From the IMG/VR virus record IMGVR_UViG_3300037088_000888: a stretch of 20,000 nucleotides of DNA, one strand, 5' to 3'. Position numbers and translations under genes: made by a program. Below, piece by piece: positions 8,468 to 16,949 of the stretch (within the stretch, counting starts at the first letter, position 1; every line of letters starts with the position of its first letter). The stretch comes from an uncultured virus (IMG/VR IMGVR_UViG_3300037088_000888). Taxonomy: Duplodnaviria > Heunggongvirae > Uroviricota > Caudoviricetes. The notes under the pieces were generated by a model. That model had not been told where the DNA came from. It worked only from the letters and a program-made list of their open reading frames with translations, and did no database searches.

Positions 8468-9784
8468 TTATAAACCCATTGCTGTTAATTCTTCAGGTGT
8501 ATATGTTACTGCAAGATAAACAGTATGAGCAATTGCAGCAAATTCAGCATCAAATGCTGATATATCACCAATACCTGTTCTTAAATATAAATCGTAACCA
8601 GTTGTTGACACTTCTGTTGTCATTGCAAGAAATTTTATTTGATCTCCATAAGAAGTTCCGTCAGAATTTGTAACATAAGCACGTGCATAATATGTAGCAT
8701 TTTTTGTTAATCCAGTTAATGTACTTATAAAAATACCCGTAGTACCTGTTTGAATAGTTTTACTATTTCCAGTTGTTGGATTAGAAGATGTACCCCAAAC
8801 AACACCACGATGAACTATTGAAGCACCTACTGTAACATTACCACCACCACTTGCATTTATTTCTGTTATTTTTGTTATTGGTGTTGTAATAATTGTTGCT
8901 AATGCTGGTAATGTTGTAAATGTTACTTGATTTCCATAAGCAGTTCCCACACTATTGGTTGCATAAGCACGAACATAATATAAAGTATTTAATGCTAATC
9001 CTGTTAATGAACTTGTAAATATTCCACTTCCTGTACCGTTTGTTGTTTTACTATTACTTATTGTTGGTGTTGCGCCTGTACTCCAACAAACACCTTTTGC
9101 TGTTATTGTTGTACCTCCACTTGCCGTTACATTACCACCACCAGTTGCAGTAGTTTGTCCTATCGAAGTTATTGTTGTTGTAGTAACCGTTGGTATTGTT
9201 AATGTTGTAAATGTTACTTGATTTCCATAAGTAATTCCACCAGTATTAACAGCATAAGCACGAACATAATAAAGTGTGCCTCCTGTTAATCCAGTTAAAG
9301 AACTTGTAAACGTACCAGCTCCTGTACTATCAGAGGTATGACTACCTGATATTGTTGGAGTTGAACTTATACTCCAAGCAACACCACGAGCAGTTATTGA
9401 ACTACCAGTGACATTACCACCGCCTGTTGCAGTAGTTTGTCCTATTGTTGATATTACTGTTGTCGTAACTATTGGTATTGTTGCTAATGTTGTAAATGTT
9501 ATATCACTAGCATAAGTAGTTCCCGTGCTATTGGTTGCATAAGCACGAATATGATATAGAGTATTTTGTGTTAATACAGTCATTGGTGTTGTAAATACAC
9601 CAAGAGTATTACCAGTTAAAGTAGTATAACTACCTCCACTAATCGCTGGATTTGAACTTATACCCCAAGCAACGCCACGAGCTAATATTGTACCACCACC
9701 ATTACCAGTAACGTTACCACCACCAGTTGCAGTGGTTTGCAATATCGAAGTTACTGTTGTTCCAGTAACTGTAGGTTTTGTCAT
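8468..9784 (-). CDS. Four-repeat FN3/Ig-like protein, putative virion decoration or adhesion protein
   Basis: Four ~95-aa Thr-rich repeats PTVTT...GGGNVT...GVxW...F.S.LTGL...T.YYVRAYATN..GT.YG....FTTL, followed by a ~50-aa C-terminal module. Confidence 0.8.
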   Translation of the reverse strand: MTKPTVTGTTVTSILQTTATGGGNVTGNGGGTILARGVAWGISSNPAISGGSYTTLTGNTLGVFTTPMTVLTQNTLYHIRAYATNSTGTTYASDITFTTLATIPIVTTTVISTIGQTTATGGGNVTGSSITARGVAWSISSTPTISGSHTSDSTGAGTFTSSLTGLTGGTLYYVRAYAVNTGGITYGNQVTFTTLTIPTVTTTTITSIGQTTATGGGNVTASGGTTITAKGVCWSTGATPTISNSKTTNGTGSGIFTSSLTGLALNTLYYVRAYATNSVGTAYGNQVTFTTLPALATIITTPITKITEINASGGGNVTVGASIVHRGVVWGTSSNPTTGNSKTIQTGTTGIFISTLTGLTKNATYYARAYVTNSDGTSYGDQIKFLAMTTEVSTTGYDLYLRTGIGDISAFDAEFAAIAHTVYLAVTYTPEELTAMGL

Positions 9785-9827
9785 TATAGTAAATTTTTAA
9801 TTTATAAAATTATTTATATTTCAAAAA

Positions 9828-10004
9828 TTAGTCTTGAGAATCAAGTGAGTTTCCAGTAGTAAATGCTAATGCGTCTATTGCTGCAATTGCTGCTATTGCT
9901 GCATCTATTAATGTACCACTTGCATATCCAGTCTGAAAAGTTAGATAGGCTGCTGAACCTGTTTGTCTCAAATAAAGTCTGTAAGATGTTTGATTTAATT
10001 TCAT
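9828..10004 (-). CDS. Small putative virion protein (58 aa; start revised to 10004)
   Basis: MKLNQTSYRLYLRQTG...IDAAIAAIAAIDALAFT. Its leader AAAATTTACGACAATG mirrors AAAATTTACTATAATG of the next gene. Confidence 0.65.
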   Translation of the reverse strand: MKLNQTSYRLYLRQTGSAAYLTFQTGYASGTLIDAAIAAIAAIDALAFTTGNSLDSQD

Positions 10005-10028
10005 TGTCGTAAATTTTAATTGTTTAAA

Positions 10029-10196
10029 GTTATTTTTAATATAAATACTGAAGAATCTCAAGAATATTCTTATTCTTAAAATTATTTCATTAATTTCCTT
10101 TAGTTTCGCTTAAGAAAGGAGTAACGTCCTTTTTAATTATAAATACTTTGTTTTTATTCCAATTTAAATTATCTTTGTATTTATATTAAAAATAAC
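10029..10196. repeat. Perfect 20-bp inverted repeat GTATTTATATTAAAAATAAC
   Basis: 10029-10048 is the exact reverse complement of 10177-10196. Confidence 0.9.
10147..10177 (+). promoter_or_regulatory. Bacteroidota-type primary sigma promoter (-33 TTTG, -7 TATCTTTG)
   Basis: TTTG at 10147-10150, 19-nt spacer, TATCTTTG at 10170-10177, upstream of the ATG at 10201. Confidence 0.6.
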
Positions 10197-10200
10197 AAAC

Positions 10201-11241
10201 ATGGATAATCAAAATTTAAACTGTTGTGGAGTTTATAAAATAACTAACAGTATTAATAATAAATTTTATATTGGTTCATCATATAATATTAAAGCAAGAA
10301 TTAGAAAGCATTTTGAATTATTAAAAAGAAAATCACATCATAGTATTCATTTTCAAAATGCATATAATAAATATGGCAAAGAGGTATTCACTACATGTGT
10401 ATTAGAAACCTGCGAAAAAGATGATATATTATCTCTCGAACAAAAATATCTAGATAATATAATTGATTGGCAACACGTATACAATATGTCTAAAATTGCA
10501 AGTGGTTGTAATTATGATTTATCAACACATTCAAATCGAAACGAAATTATAGAAAAAATGAGTATTGCAAATATGGGCAAACATACTAAACCGTTTTATA
10601 TTGATAATGTGCGATACGAGACACTTCAGAATGCAGCAGAAGTTTATAGTATTGACATTAAAGCAATATCAAGTAAATTAAAAAATTGGAAAAATAAAAA
10701 TTATTATTATGAAAATAATCCTAAGATTGGTGAATATAATGTAGATATACACAAATCCTATTTTTACAGACCAATAAAGAATAAAATATTGTATTATTGT
10801 GATTGTGGTACTGAGATAACTAAAGATTCTAAATATTGTAAAGAATGTCGTAAACTCAGAAAAGATAAGAGAAAATATATCAATCCTGTTATAATTAATG
10901 GAGTAAAATATGATTCAGCAAAAATAGCTTCAAAAATTGTTGGAATTGAATATGCTACTTTAATATATAGAATCAATGCAAATACATTAATATTTAAGGA
11001 TTATTATTATGCCAATAAACCAAAAGATATTACCAAACTGGTAACAATTGAACAGATAAATAAAAAAATATCAATTAGTAATACTGGTAATAAAGGACCT
11101 GCTAATAAAAAACCCTTTACAATAAATAACGAGCATTTTGAAACATTAGGAAATGCATCAATAAAACTTAACATAAGAAAAAACAGAATCTGGTCGAGAT
11201 TAAATAATCCAAATTTTATTGAATATAAATATGTTAATTAA
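10201..11241 (+). CDS. Free-standing GIY-YIG homing endonuclease (Seg-like)
   Basis: GVYKITN...FYIGSS...RIRKH...LEQKYLD...YN. C-terminal repeated DNA-binding modules (PFYIDNVRYETL, PVIINGVKYDSA, PFTINNEHFETL) and a CDC...CKEC Zn motif. Confidence 0.85.
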   Translation: MDNQNLNCCGVYKITNSINNKFYIGSSYNIKARIRKHFELLKRKSHHSIHFQNAYNKYGKEVFTTCVLETCEKDDILSLEQKYLDNIIDWQHVYNMSKIASGCNYDLSTHSNRNEIIEKMSIANMGKHTKPFYIDNVRYETLQNAAEVYSIDIKAISSKLKNWKNKNYYYENNPKIGEYNVDIHKSYFYRPIKNKILYYCDCGTEITKDSKYCKECRKLRKDKRKYINPVIINGVKYDSAKIASKIVGIEYATLIYRINANTLIFKDYYYANKPKDITKLVTIEQINKKISISNTGNKGPANKKPFTINNEHFETLGNASIKLNIRKNRIWSRLNNPNFIEYKYVN

Positions 11242-11795
11242 ATAGAATCACCTTTAGTTCCATCATCAAAGGGAAATACATCGGATTTTGCGGGAATTCC
11301 TGTTACCTTTTTCCAGTAGGGAGCGAACCCACCAATAGTTTTTTTAGTTTCGTCAGTCACATTATTGGCACTTTCAAGTTCATAGTATCTGCTTTTTTCA
11401 CCACTCATATTATATTCAATAATGTCACCACGAGTAAGTTCTAAATTCTTTTCTTCCAATTCTTTAAGATACACACCAAATGAGATCACGCCTGTGTCAT
11501 CACGAGCAATACCTCCGGGGTTTGTACCATAGTTTTCCTGCTTGCCTTCTTCAACATTAACCATTACCGATATTCGAACAGGTGGAAGATATTTTTTATC
11601 TTTTGCTTTTGTCTGACCGTATAAATTATGTGACTTTGTTTCAATAATGTTAATTCTATGTATTGTAACTTCACCCACGTTATCAGTTTGCAAATAATTT
11701 CTACCATACATAACATCAAGATCAAAAGAATTCTGGGTCATAAACATCCCATATCTATTATCCTCTAAATCAATTATTTGTTTTTTCTTTTTCAT
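11238..11795 (-). CDS. Putative neck / head-closure protein (gp14 position); start revised to MKKKKQ at 11795
   Basis: Begins 1 nt after the gp13-like stop codon. Contains NLYG...K.Y.PPV and LTRGDIIEY...YYE motifs resembling head-closure proteins. Confidence 0.5.
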   Translation of the reverse strand: MKKKKQIIDLEDNRYGMFMTQNSFDLDVMYGRNYLQTDNVGEVTIHRINIIETKSHNLYGQTKAKDKKYLPPVRISVMVNVEEGKQENYGTNPGGIARDDTGVISFGVYLKELEEKNLELTRGDIIEYNMSGEKSRYYELESANNVTDETKKTIGGFAPYWKKVTGIPAKSDVFPFDDGTKGDSI

Positions 11796-11796
11796 A

Positions 11797-12915
11797 TTAA
11801 ATTGATATAATTGGGAAAGTTGGTGGTTGATATCCACGTTCTCTATTAACATTTTCAGCAATATCAGCACGAATTTTTGTTAAACTCTCCTGTGTTATAT
11901 ATGATAATTGTTCTAACAATTCTTTTTTAGTATCTTCTAATAATTTTGTACCTTCATCAAGCAAATGACGATAATCCATTGTTAATTGTTTATCTGTTAC
12001 ACCAAGTTCACCAGTATAAAACCCCCTCACTCCACCAATAACAATTTTTACCTGTGCAATAAGAAAATTTCTTATTTGCTGACGTGCAACATCATTCATT
12101 TTAGTCCAGTCCAATACTTTTGTTGGAGCATCTGAAGGCAATTTAACAATATCACTATTTTCTTCCAAACATTTATCCCTACCCCCCTGATTTGTATCAT
12201 AATACCAATACCAAACTTTTCTTCCAGCATAGTGATTACCCCATACTCCACTGATTTCATGACGACTACCCGGGATTGGGTACAAATGCAACACCTTTTC
12301 TCCACTTGCCAGACCTGTAATACGATATGTTAAAATTGACTGCATAACTCTTTGTTTCATTCTTCTGTCTTGTGCAGAAAGTAATGTTGAAAAAGTTGGT
12401 TGGACGTACATGGAGGGACGACCGAGGTATGACCATCCGACCATACCCGGTGACCAAGCATTCAGAGCAAACGGGTCTACCAGACCACCATCAATTTCTG
12501 CAGGTGTTTCCCACAACACTTCATTAACTTCTCTGCCTTTAGGTATGATATAATGTTGTGTATTTGCCAGTGTTATGATGAAATCACGTTTAAGTTCCCA
12601 ACCAGTAGCTGCAGGTGCATTAGTACCTAAACCTACTTGTCTTGAATAAGCATATGTGAATGATTCCATATAAGTATTTGGTTTTGTTGTGAAAGCACTA
12701 ACAAAATCACTATATTCCAAACTTAAACCTTCTAATCCAATCCATTGCTGTTGAATTAACCAACTATTTACTATTGATGAATAATCTTCAATAGCCATTT
12801 CAAAATATGAGTCCATCATTTCATCTTTGATTTCAAAGGGTCTCATTGGATATCCCAGCACATGTTTAACATGTGTGTATAATTTATTTTTATCAACTGT
12901 TGCAATTAACGCCAT
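11797..12915 (-). CDS. gp13-like neck (head-tail adaptor) protein
   Basis: N-terminal KHVLGYPMRPFEIKDEMMDSYFEMAIEDY resembles the T4 gp13 LG.P.I..E....Q.... pattern. C-terminal LTMDYRHLLDEG...KKEL also fits, as does the size. Confidence 0.65.
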   Translation of the reverse strand: MALIATVDKNKLYTHVKHVLGYPMRPFEIKDEMMDSYFEMAIEDYSSIVNSWLIQQQWIGLEGLSLEYSDFVSAFTTKPNTYMESFTYAYSRQVGLGTNAPAATGWELKRDFIITLANTQHYIIPKGREVNEVLWETPAEIDGGLVDPFALNAWSPGMVGWSYLGRPSMYVQPTFSTLLSAQDRRMKQRVMQSILTYRITGLASGEKVLHLYPIPGSRHEISGVWGNHYAGRKVWYWYYDTNQGGRDKCLEENSDIVKLPSDAPTKVLDWTKMNDVARQQIRNFLIAQVKIVIGGVRGFYTGELGVTDKQLTMDYRHLLDEGTKLLEDTKKELLEQLSYITQESLTKIRADIAENVNRERGYQPPTFPIISI

Positions 12916-12930
12916 AATTACTTATATTTG
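12899..12930 (+). promoter_or_regulatory. Possible Bacteroidota-type promoter (TTG-N20-TATATTTG)
   Basis: TATATTTG at 12923-12930 with TTG ending at 12902; heads the plus-strand block starting at 12968. Confidence 0.45.
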
Positions 12931-12967
12931 TATTCAAATTTATTATAAATACTTTAATAGTCTTATT

Positions 12968-13423
12968 ATGTATACAATTGACTTCGAAATTAATTTAAAT
13001 GAGAGAGGCAGACCTTGTATTGGATTACCAGCAAGCTATAAAGATAAACCAGAAGACAAATTTTTTGCAATTGAAATAGCAAGATATGTTTTACAAAATA
13101 CATATAATCGATTAAGTGAACACTTTGATGAAGATACTGCAAAAAAAATTGATCTTACTATTCGTGTACTTGGACAAGTTAGCGATGAAATGGCAGAATT
13201 ACTCTGGAACACTATGAAAGCATATGGAGATACTGAAATGATATTAGGCAAACCATATTATGTATCTGTTGATACTATTGAAGAAAGAGATAGTCTTGCA
13301 AGTACTGGTATTCTTGAAGGAGAAAAAATATATTTACGTGAAGACGAATTGAAAGTTCTTGTCAAAAGCGAAAATAAAATATATAAATTAACTGGTGGTA
13401 ATGATTGGATTGAAATATTATGA
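12968..13423 (+). CDS. Hypothetical protein (start revised to MYTIDFE at 12968)
   Basis: The longer track ORF overlaps the gp13-like gene; the ATG at 12968 follows the intergenic promoter region. Confidence 0.7.
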   Translation: MYTIDFEINLNERGRPCIGLPASYKDKPEDKFFAIEIARYVLQNTYNRLSEHFDEDTAKKIDLTIRVLGQVSDEMAELLWNTMKAYGDTEMILGKPYYVSVDTIEERDSLASTGILEGEKIYLREDELKVLVKSENKIYKLTGGNDWIEIL

Positions 13424-13626
13424 ATTGTATTGGTTGTGGTAAATGTTGTAAAAAACATTGGCTTTTACGATTAACAAGTGAGTACGAAAAGTCATTATTT
13501 CAAGGTTTAATAGTATATGGTGATTATATCTGGACTGACGAATGCCCTTATCAAAAAGATAATAAATGTACAATTCAAAATGATAAACCATATAAATGCA
13601 AAGAATATTTTTGTGAAAAATATTAA
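13420..13626 (+). CDS. YkgJ-like CxxCxxCC cysteine-cluster (Zn or Fe-S) protein
   Basis: CIGCGKCC...CPY.....CTI...KP..CK.YFC pattern. Confidence 0.75.
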   Translation: MNCIGCGKCCKKHWLLRLTSEYEKSLFQGLIVYGDYIWTDECPYQKDNKCTIQNDKPYKCKEYFCEKY

Positions 13627-13669
13627 AATAAATAAATTAATAATAAAATTATAATTAGGAGGAATTAAA

Positions 13670-13927
13670 ATGATACACAACATTACTGTTTCGATTGAAG
13701 TTGACCTTATCAACGTTTCTGAAGAAAAATATCGTGAAATTCATGCAAAACTCACGAAAAATATTTTTGATGCTAATCCAGAGAGACTTTCTTTTGATGA
13801 ATTGAATGAAATCTTATGTATAAAAAAGAGAAAATATCTTACAAAAAGTATTCAATTTCCTGAAATGGATAGCTCGGATGATAATGAATTTACTATTAAA
13901 ACAACACATATTGAAATTCAAGGATAA
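13670..13927 (+). CDS. Hypothetical protein
   Basis: 85-aa ORF preceded by AGGAGGA. Confidence 0.65.
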   Translation: MIHNITVSIEVDLINVSEEKYREIHAKLTKNIFDANPERLSFDELNEILCIKKRKYLTKSIQFPEMDSSDDNEFTIKTTHIEIQG

Positions 13928-13929
13928 TT

Positions 13930-14103
13930 ATGAAAAAATTTAAAATTGCATTTTTTGAGGGTGATAAAATCATTTATTCTAAGAAATTTGATTTAGATGC
14001 TCAAGGCATTAAATCTGCTGCTATAGAAATGAAATTATGGGAAAAGGGCAATGAATATGATAAATTTACATACACATCAATTGTATTAGAAGATGAATCA
14101 TAA
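13930..14103 (+). CDS. Hypothetical protein, 57 aa (not in ORF track)
   Basis: Manual translation MKKFKIAFFEGDKIIYSKKFDLDAQGIKSAAIEMKLWEKGNEYDKFTYTSIVLEDES* fills the gap exactly and overlaps the helicase start. Confidence 0.65.
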   Translation: MKKFKIAFFEGDKIIYSKKFDLDAQGIKSAAIEMKLWEKGNEYDKFTYTSIVLEDES

Positions 14104-15580
14104 ACCAACTGCTGAACAAGAAAGAATTTTCTTATTTACCAAAAAACGTCAGGAAAATATTTTAGTTAAAGCACGTGCAGGAACTGGCAAAACATATACA
14201 GCAATTGAATGTGCTAAATTATTGCCACAAGATAAAAACATTATGTTCTTGGCGTTTAATAAACATATTCAGGAAGAACTTAAAACTAAACTACCAGAAC
14301 ATATACGCTGCTACACAACTTATGGCATTGGTACTGGGGCAATTAAAAGAAAATATGGTGATAGCATTCAATTCGATGAATTCAAAGCAGATAAAATTAT
14401 TCAAAAGAAAGCAAAATCATGGGGGTTAGATGATGAATTTAATGATGAAGAAGAAATAAACTTTTATCTTAATTCAATAAAAAAACTTGCTAACTTATGT
14501 CGTTTAACATTAACCACAAAACCAGAATTTATACCTTATATTGCTGACAGATATGAGATTACAAATTTGAGAAAACCACAAGACATAAAAAGAGTGCTCA
14601 AAGTGCTTGATGAAATGAGCACTGATAGAAAAACATATGATTTTACAGATATGATTTATCTACCTGCGATTGATAATGGTATTTGGTTTTTTCCACAAGA
14701 TTATGTGTTAGTTGATGAATTTCAAGATTTAAATCGTTGTCAGATAAAAATTGTTGAAAAAGTTTTAAAAAAAGATAGAATAAGTAAAAAAATCACAGGC
14801 AGATTATTTGCTTTCGGGGACGAATTCCAAGGTATTTATGCCTTCAACGCAGCAGATGATAAAGTAATACAATGGTTCGAAAAATTTCAAAATACAAAAA
14901 CGTTACCCTTAACAATTTCTTTCAGATGCTCTCAAAATGTGATAAAAGAGGCACAGAAGATAGTACCAGATATCAAAGCACTCCCAGATGCCCCAGATGG
15001 TATCGTAAGAGATGGTAGCGTGCTCGCAGAAGCACAAAGTGGTGACTTTGTTCTTTGCAGGACAACAATGCCTCTGGTGAAGCTATTCTTTGAATTTCTG
15101 ACACAGAAGAAAAAGGCAATCATTAAAGGCAGTGATATTGGAGTACATTTAATTGAACTAATCGGCAAAATCAATACAATAGAAAAATTAGTTACTTTCT
15201 GGGAAAAAGAACTGGCTAAATTCAAAAAAGATTTAAAGGCAGATGGTATATTAAATCCTTATGAACATAGTGGTTATTCTGCACTTGAAGATAAAGTTAT
15301 GACGTTATTATTTTTAGCCAGACTTACTGATAGTATTGAAGGATTAAAAACCAGTATAAAAACAATATTTACTGATGAAATTCAGGGTATTGTACTCAGT
15401 ACAGTACATAAAATTAAAGGTTTAGAAGCAAAGAGAGTATTTATAATACGTCCTGATTTATTACCAATGAAGAACGTAAAAGGTTGGCAATGGATTCAAG
15501 AACAAAATTTACATTATGTTGCGATTACGAGAAGTTGTTTAGAACTTATTTATGACAGAACATGGACAGACGAAGAATAG
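14093..15580 (+). CDS. UvrD/Rep-like superfamily 1 helicase
   Basis: Walker A ARAGTGKT, LAFNK, Walker B LVDEFQD, GDEFQGIY, SFRC, STVHKIKGLE, YVAITR. Confidence 0.9.
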   Translation: MNHKPTAEQERIFLFTKKRQENILVKARAGTGKTYTAIECAKLLPQDKNIMFLAFNKHIQEELKTKLPEHIRCYTTYGIGTGAIKRKYGDSIQFDEFKADKIIQKKAKSWGLDDEFNDEEEINFYLNSIKKLANLCRLTLTTKPEFIPYIADRYEITNLRKPQDIKRVLKVLDEMSTDRKTYDFTDMIYLPAIDNGIWFFPQDYVLVDEFQDLNRCQIKIVEKVLKKDRISKKITGRLFAFGDEFQGIYAFNAADDKVIQWFEKFQNTKTLPLTISFRCSQNVIKEAQKIVPDIKALPDAPDGIVRDGSVLAEAQSGDFVLCRTTMPLVKLFFEFLTQKKKAIIKGSDIGVHLIELIGKINTIEKLVTFWEKELAKFKKDLKADGILNPYEHSGYSALEDKVMTLLFLARLTDSIEGLKTSIKTIFTDEIQGIVLSTVHKIKGLEAKRVFIIRPDLLPMKNVKGWQWIQEQNLHYVAITRSCLELIYDRTWTDEE

Positions 15581-15653
15581 ATATTGAAGAAGAACGCAAC
15601 ATAACAAATGACCATCGTTCAAAAAAAGAAAAAAATAAAAGAAAAGTATTAAA

Positions 15654-15893
15654 ATGGCTAAAGAAAAAACAATCGAACAACTTGAAAAAGAGTTAGAAGA
15701 CTTAAAAACATCCCATAGAAGTCAGTGGGACACTTACGGTAGCGAACTTTGTGCTGGTGATATGATCAGACAAGAAGAAGAACTTGAAAAAAAGATAGCA
15801 AATCTAAAAGCTACAAATATTGGTTTAAAACAACTTCGTGAAATAAAAGAAGAAACTAAAAAGCGTTGGGAAAAATTAGGACTATTAAAATGA
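15654..15893 (+). CDS. 79-aa coiled-coil protein with a C-terminal copy of the major capsid protein N-terminal segment
   Basis: Residues 55-78 NIGLKQLREIKEETKKRWEKLGLL versus MCP residues 12-35 NIGLKQLREQREITTNRWEKIGLL. ATGA overlap with the next gene. Confidence 0.75.
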   Translation: MAKEKTIEQLEKELEDLKTSHRSQWDTYGSELCAGDMIRQEEELEKKIANLKATNIGLKQLREIKEETKKRWEKLGLLK

Positions 15894-16240
15894 AAGTAAT
15901 TATAGCTGGCAGTAGAGATTTTGATGATTACGAATTGCTTCGTAAATATTGCGATTTTTATTTACAAAATCAAACAGAAATTGAAATCGTTAGCGGGACA
16001 GCAAAAGGTGCTGACCAGTTAGGTGAAAGATATGCAAAAGAAAAAGGATATCCAGTAAAACAATTTCCTGCTGACTGGAGTAAAGGAAAATCAGCAGGTT
16101 ATATCAGAAATGAAGAAATGGCAAAATATGGTGATGCATTAATTGCTTTTTGGAACGGAATGAGTAAAGGGACCGAACATATGATTAATTTGGCAAAACA
16201 ATATAATTTAAAAATAAGAATTTGTAATTATACAATTTAA
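15890..16240 (+). CDS. SLOG-superfamily protein (DUF2493 / YspA-like); start revised to 15890
   Basis: MKVIIAGSRDF...IVSGTAKGADQLGE.YA...FPADW..GKSAGYIRNEEMA...LIAFWNG.SKGTEHMI. Confidence 0.85.
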   Translation: MKVIIAGSRDFDDYELLRKYCDFYLQNQTEIEIVSGTAKGADQLGERYAKEKGYPVKQFPADWSKGKSAGYIRNEEMAKYGDALIAFWNGMSKGTEHMINLAKQYNLKIRICNYTI

Positions 16241-16245
16241 TAATT

Positions 16246-16557
16246 ATGGAATGGGTAATACATATTGAGGGAAAAAATGATCGAAGAATCATGATTTGTT
16301 TTGAACCATTGAAAGAATCGATACGATTTATTGGTCAATTCAAACCACTTGCAAGAGACACTATAATTAAAGACCTTAAAGCTGGTTTTACTTGGTCTGA
16401 TATTTCTGAAGAGATGCATTCAATGGATATGGATTTGGATACTCTTAAAGAATATATATCAAAAGTATATGACAAAATGGAAGAAAGATTGAAAGTTCAG
16501 GATGATCTTTCAAAAACCTTTACTGTTTTTAAGAAAATTGAAATAAAAGAAGATTAA
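16246..16557 (+). CDS. Hypothetical protein
   Basis: 103-aa ORF, last gene of the plus-strand block. Confidence 0.65.
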   Translation: MEWVIHIEGKNDRRIMICFEPLKESIRFIGQFKPLARDTIIKDLKAGFTWSDISEEMHSMDMDLDTLKEYISKVYDKMEERLKVQDDLSKTFTVFKKIEIKED

Positions 16558-16925
16558 TGATTGCCATTAACTGTAGTGTTTTTAATTGATGTAGAATCAC
16601 TACTATTACCGCCAAACGAACCACCTGTATTTGGAACGTTTTGTTTACTTTGTATATAACCAGAATTATTATTTAAAGCATTTACAGATGCACCTAATGC
16701 TCCAATTGAAGTGTTGATTTTTCCAAGTTCCTGATAAAATATAGTATTTTGTGCTTTTTGGTCAGTAAACATCATTTGATAATTTGTTTCAGTTAAATTT
16801 ACTTTAGGCACTACGACAAGTTGATAAAATCCATAAAATAAACCTAACATAGTTCCAATTAATGCAAAAAAACTTTTTACAGTAAAAATAATTTGAGTAG
16901 CTCCGCTAATTTGTTTTAATCCCAT
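16554..16925 (-). CDS. Single-pass membrane protein
   Basis: Hydrophobic segment FFALIGTMLGLFYGFYQLVVV, then a heptad-like region and a low-complexity tail. Confidence 0.65.
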   Translation of the reverse strand: MGLKQISGATQIIFTVKSFFALIGTMLGLFYGFYQLVVVPKVNLTETNYQMMFTDQKAQNTIFYQELGKINTSIGALGASVNALNNNSGYIQSKQNVPNTGGSFGGNSSDSTSIKNTTVNGNH

Positions 16926-16949
16926 TATTGTTGTAATTTTATTTTCTTT

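Noticed and set aside
8620..9780. Repeated DNA as a possible DGR template/variable pair
   Set aside because: These are four in-frame FN3 domains with differences not confined to adenines, and no reverse transcriptase is present in the window.
10201..11241. GIY-YIG gene as intron-encoded
   Set aside because: It lies on the opposite strand between two complete genes, with no split host gene evident.
15816..15887. MCP-like segment acting as antisense RNA to the capsid mRNA
   Set aside because: Both copies are in the sense orientation of their own genes, so the transcripts are similar rather than complementary.
16911..16925. MGLKQ start of the membrane protein resembling MCP IGLKQ
   Set aside because: Only four residues match with no extension; likely chance.
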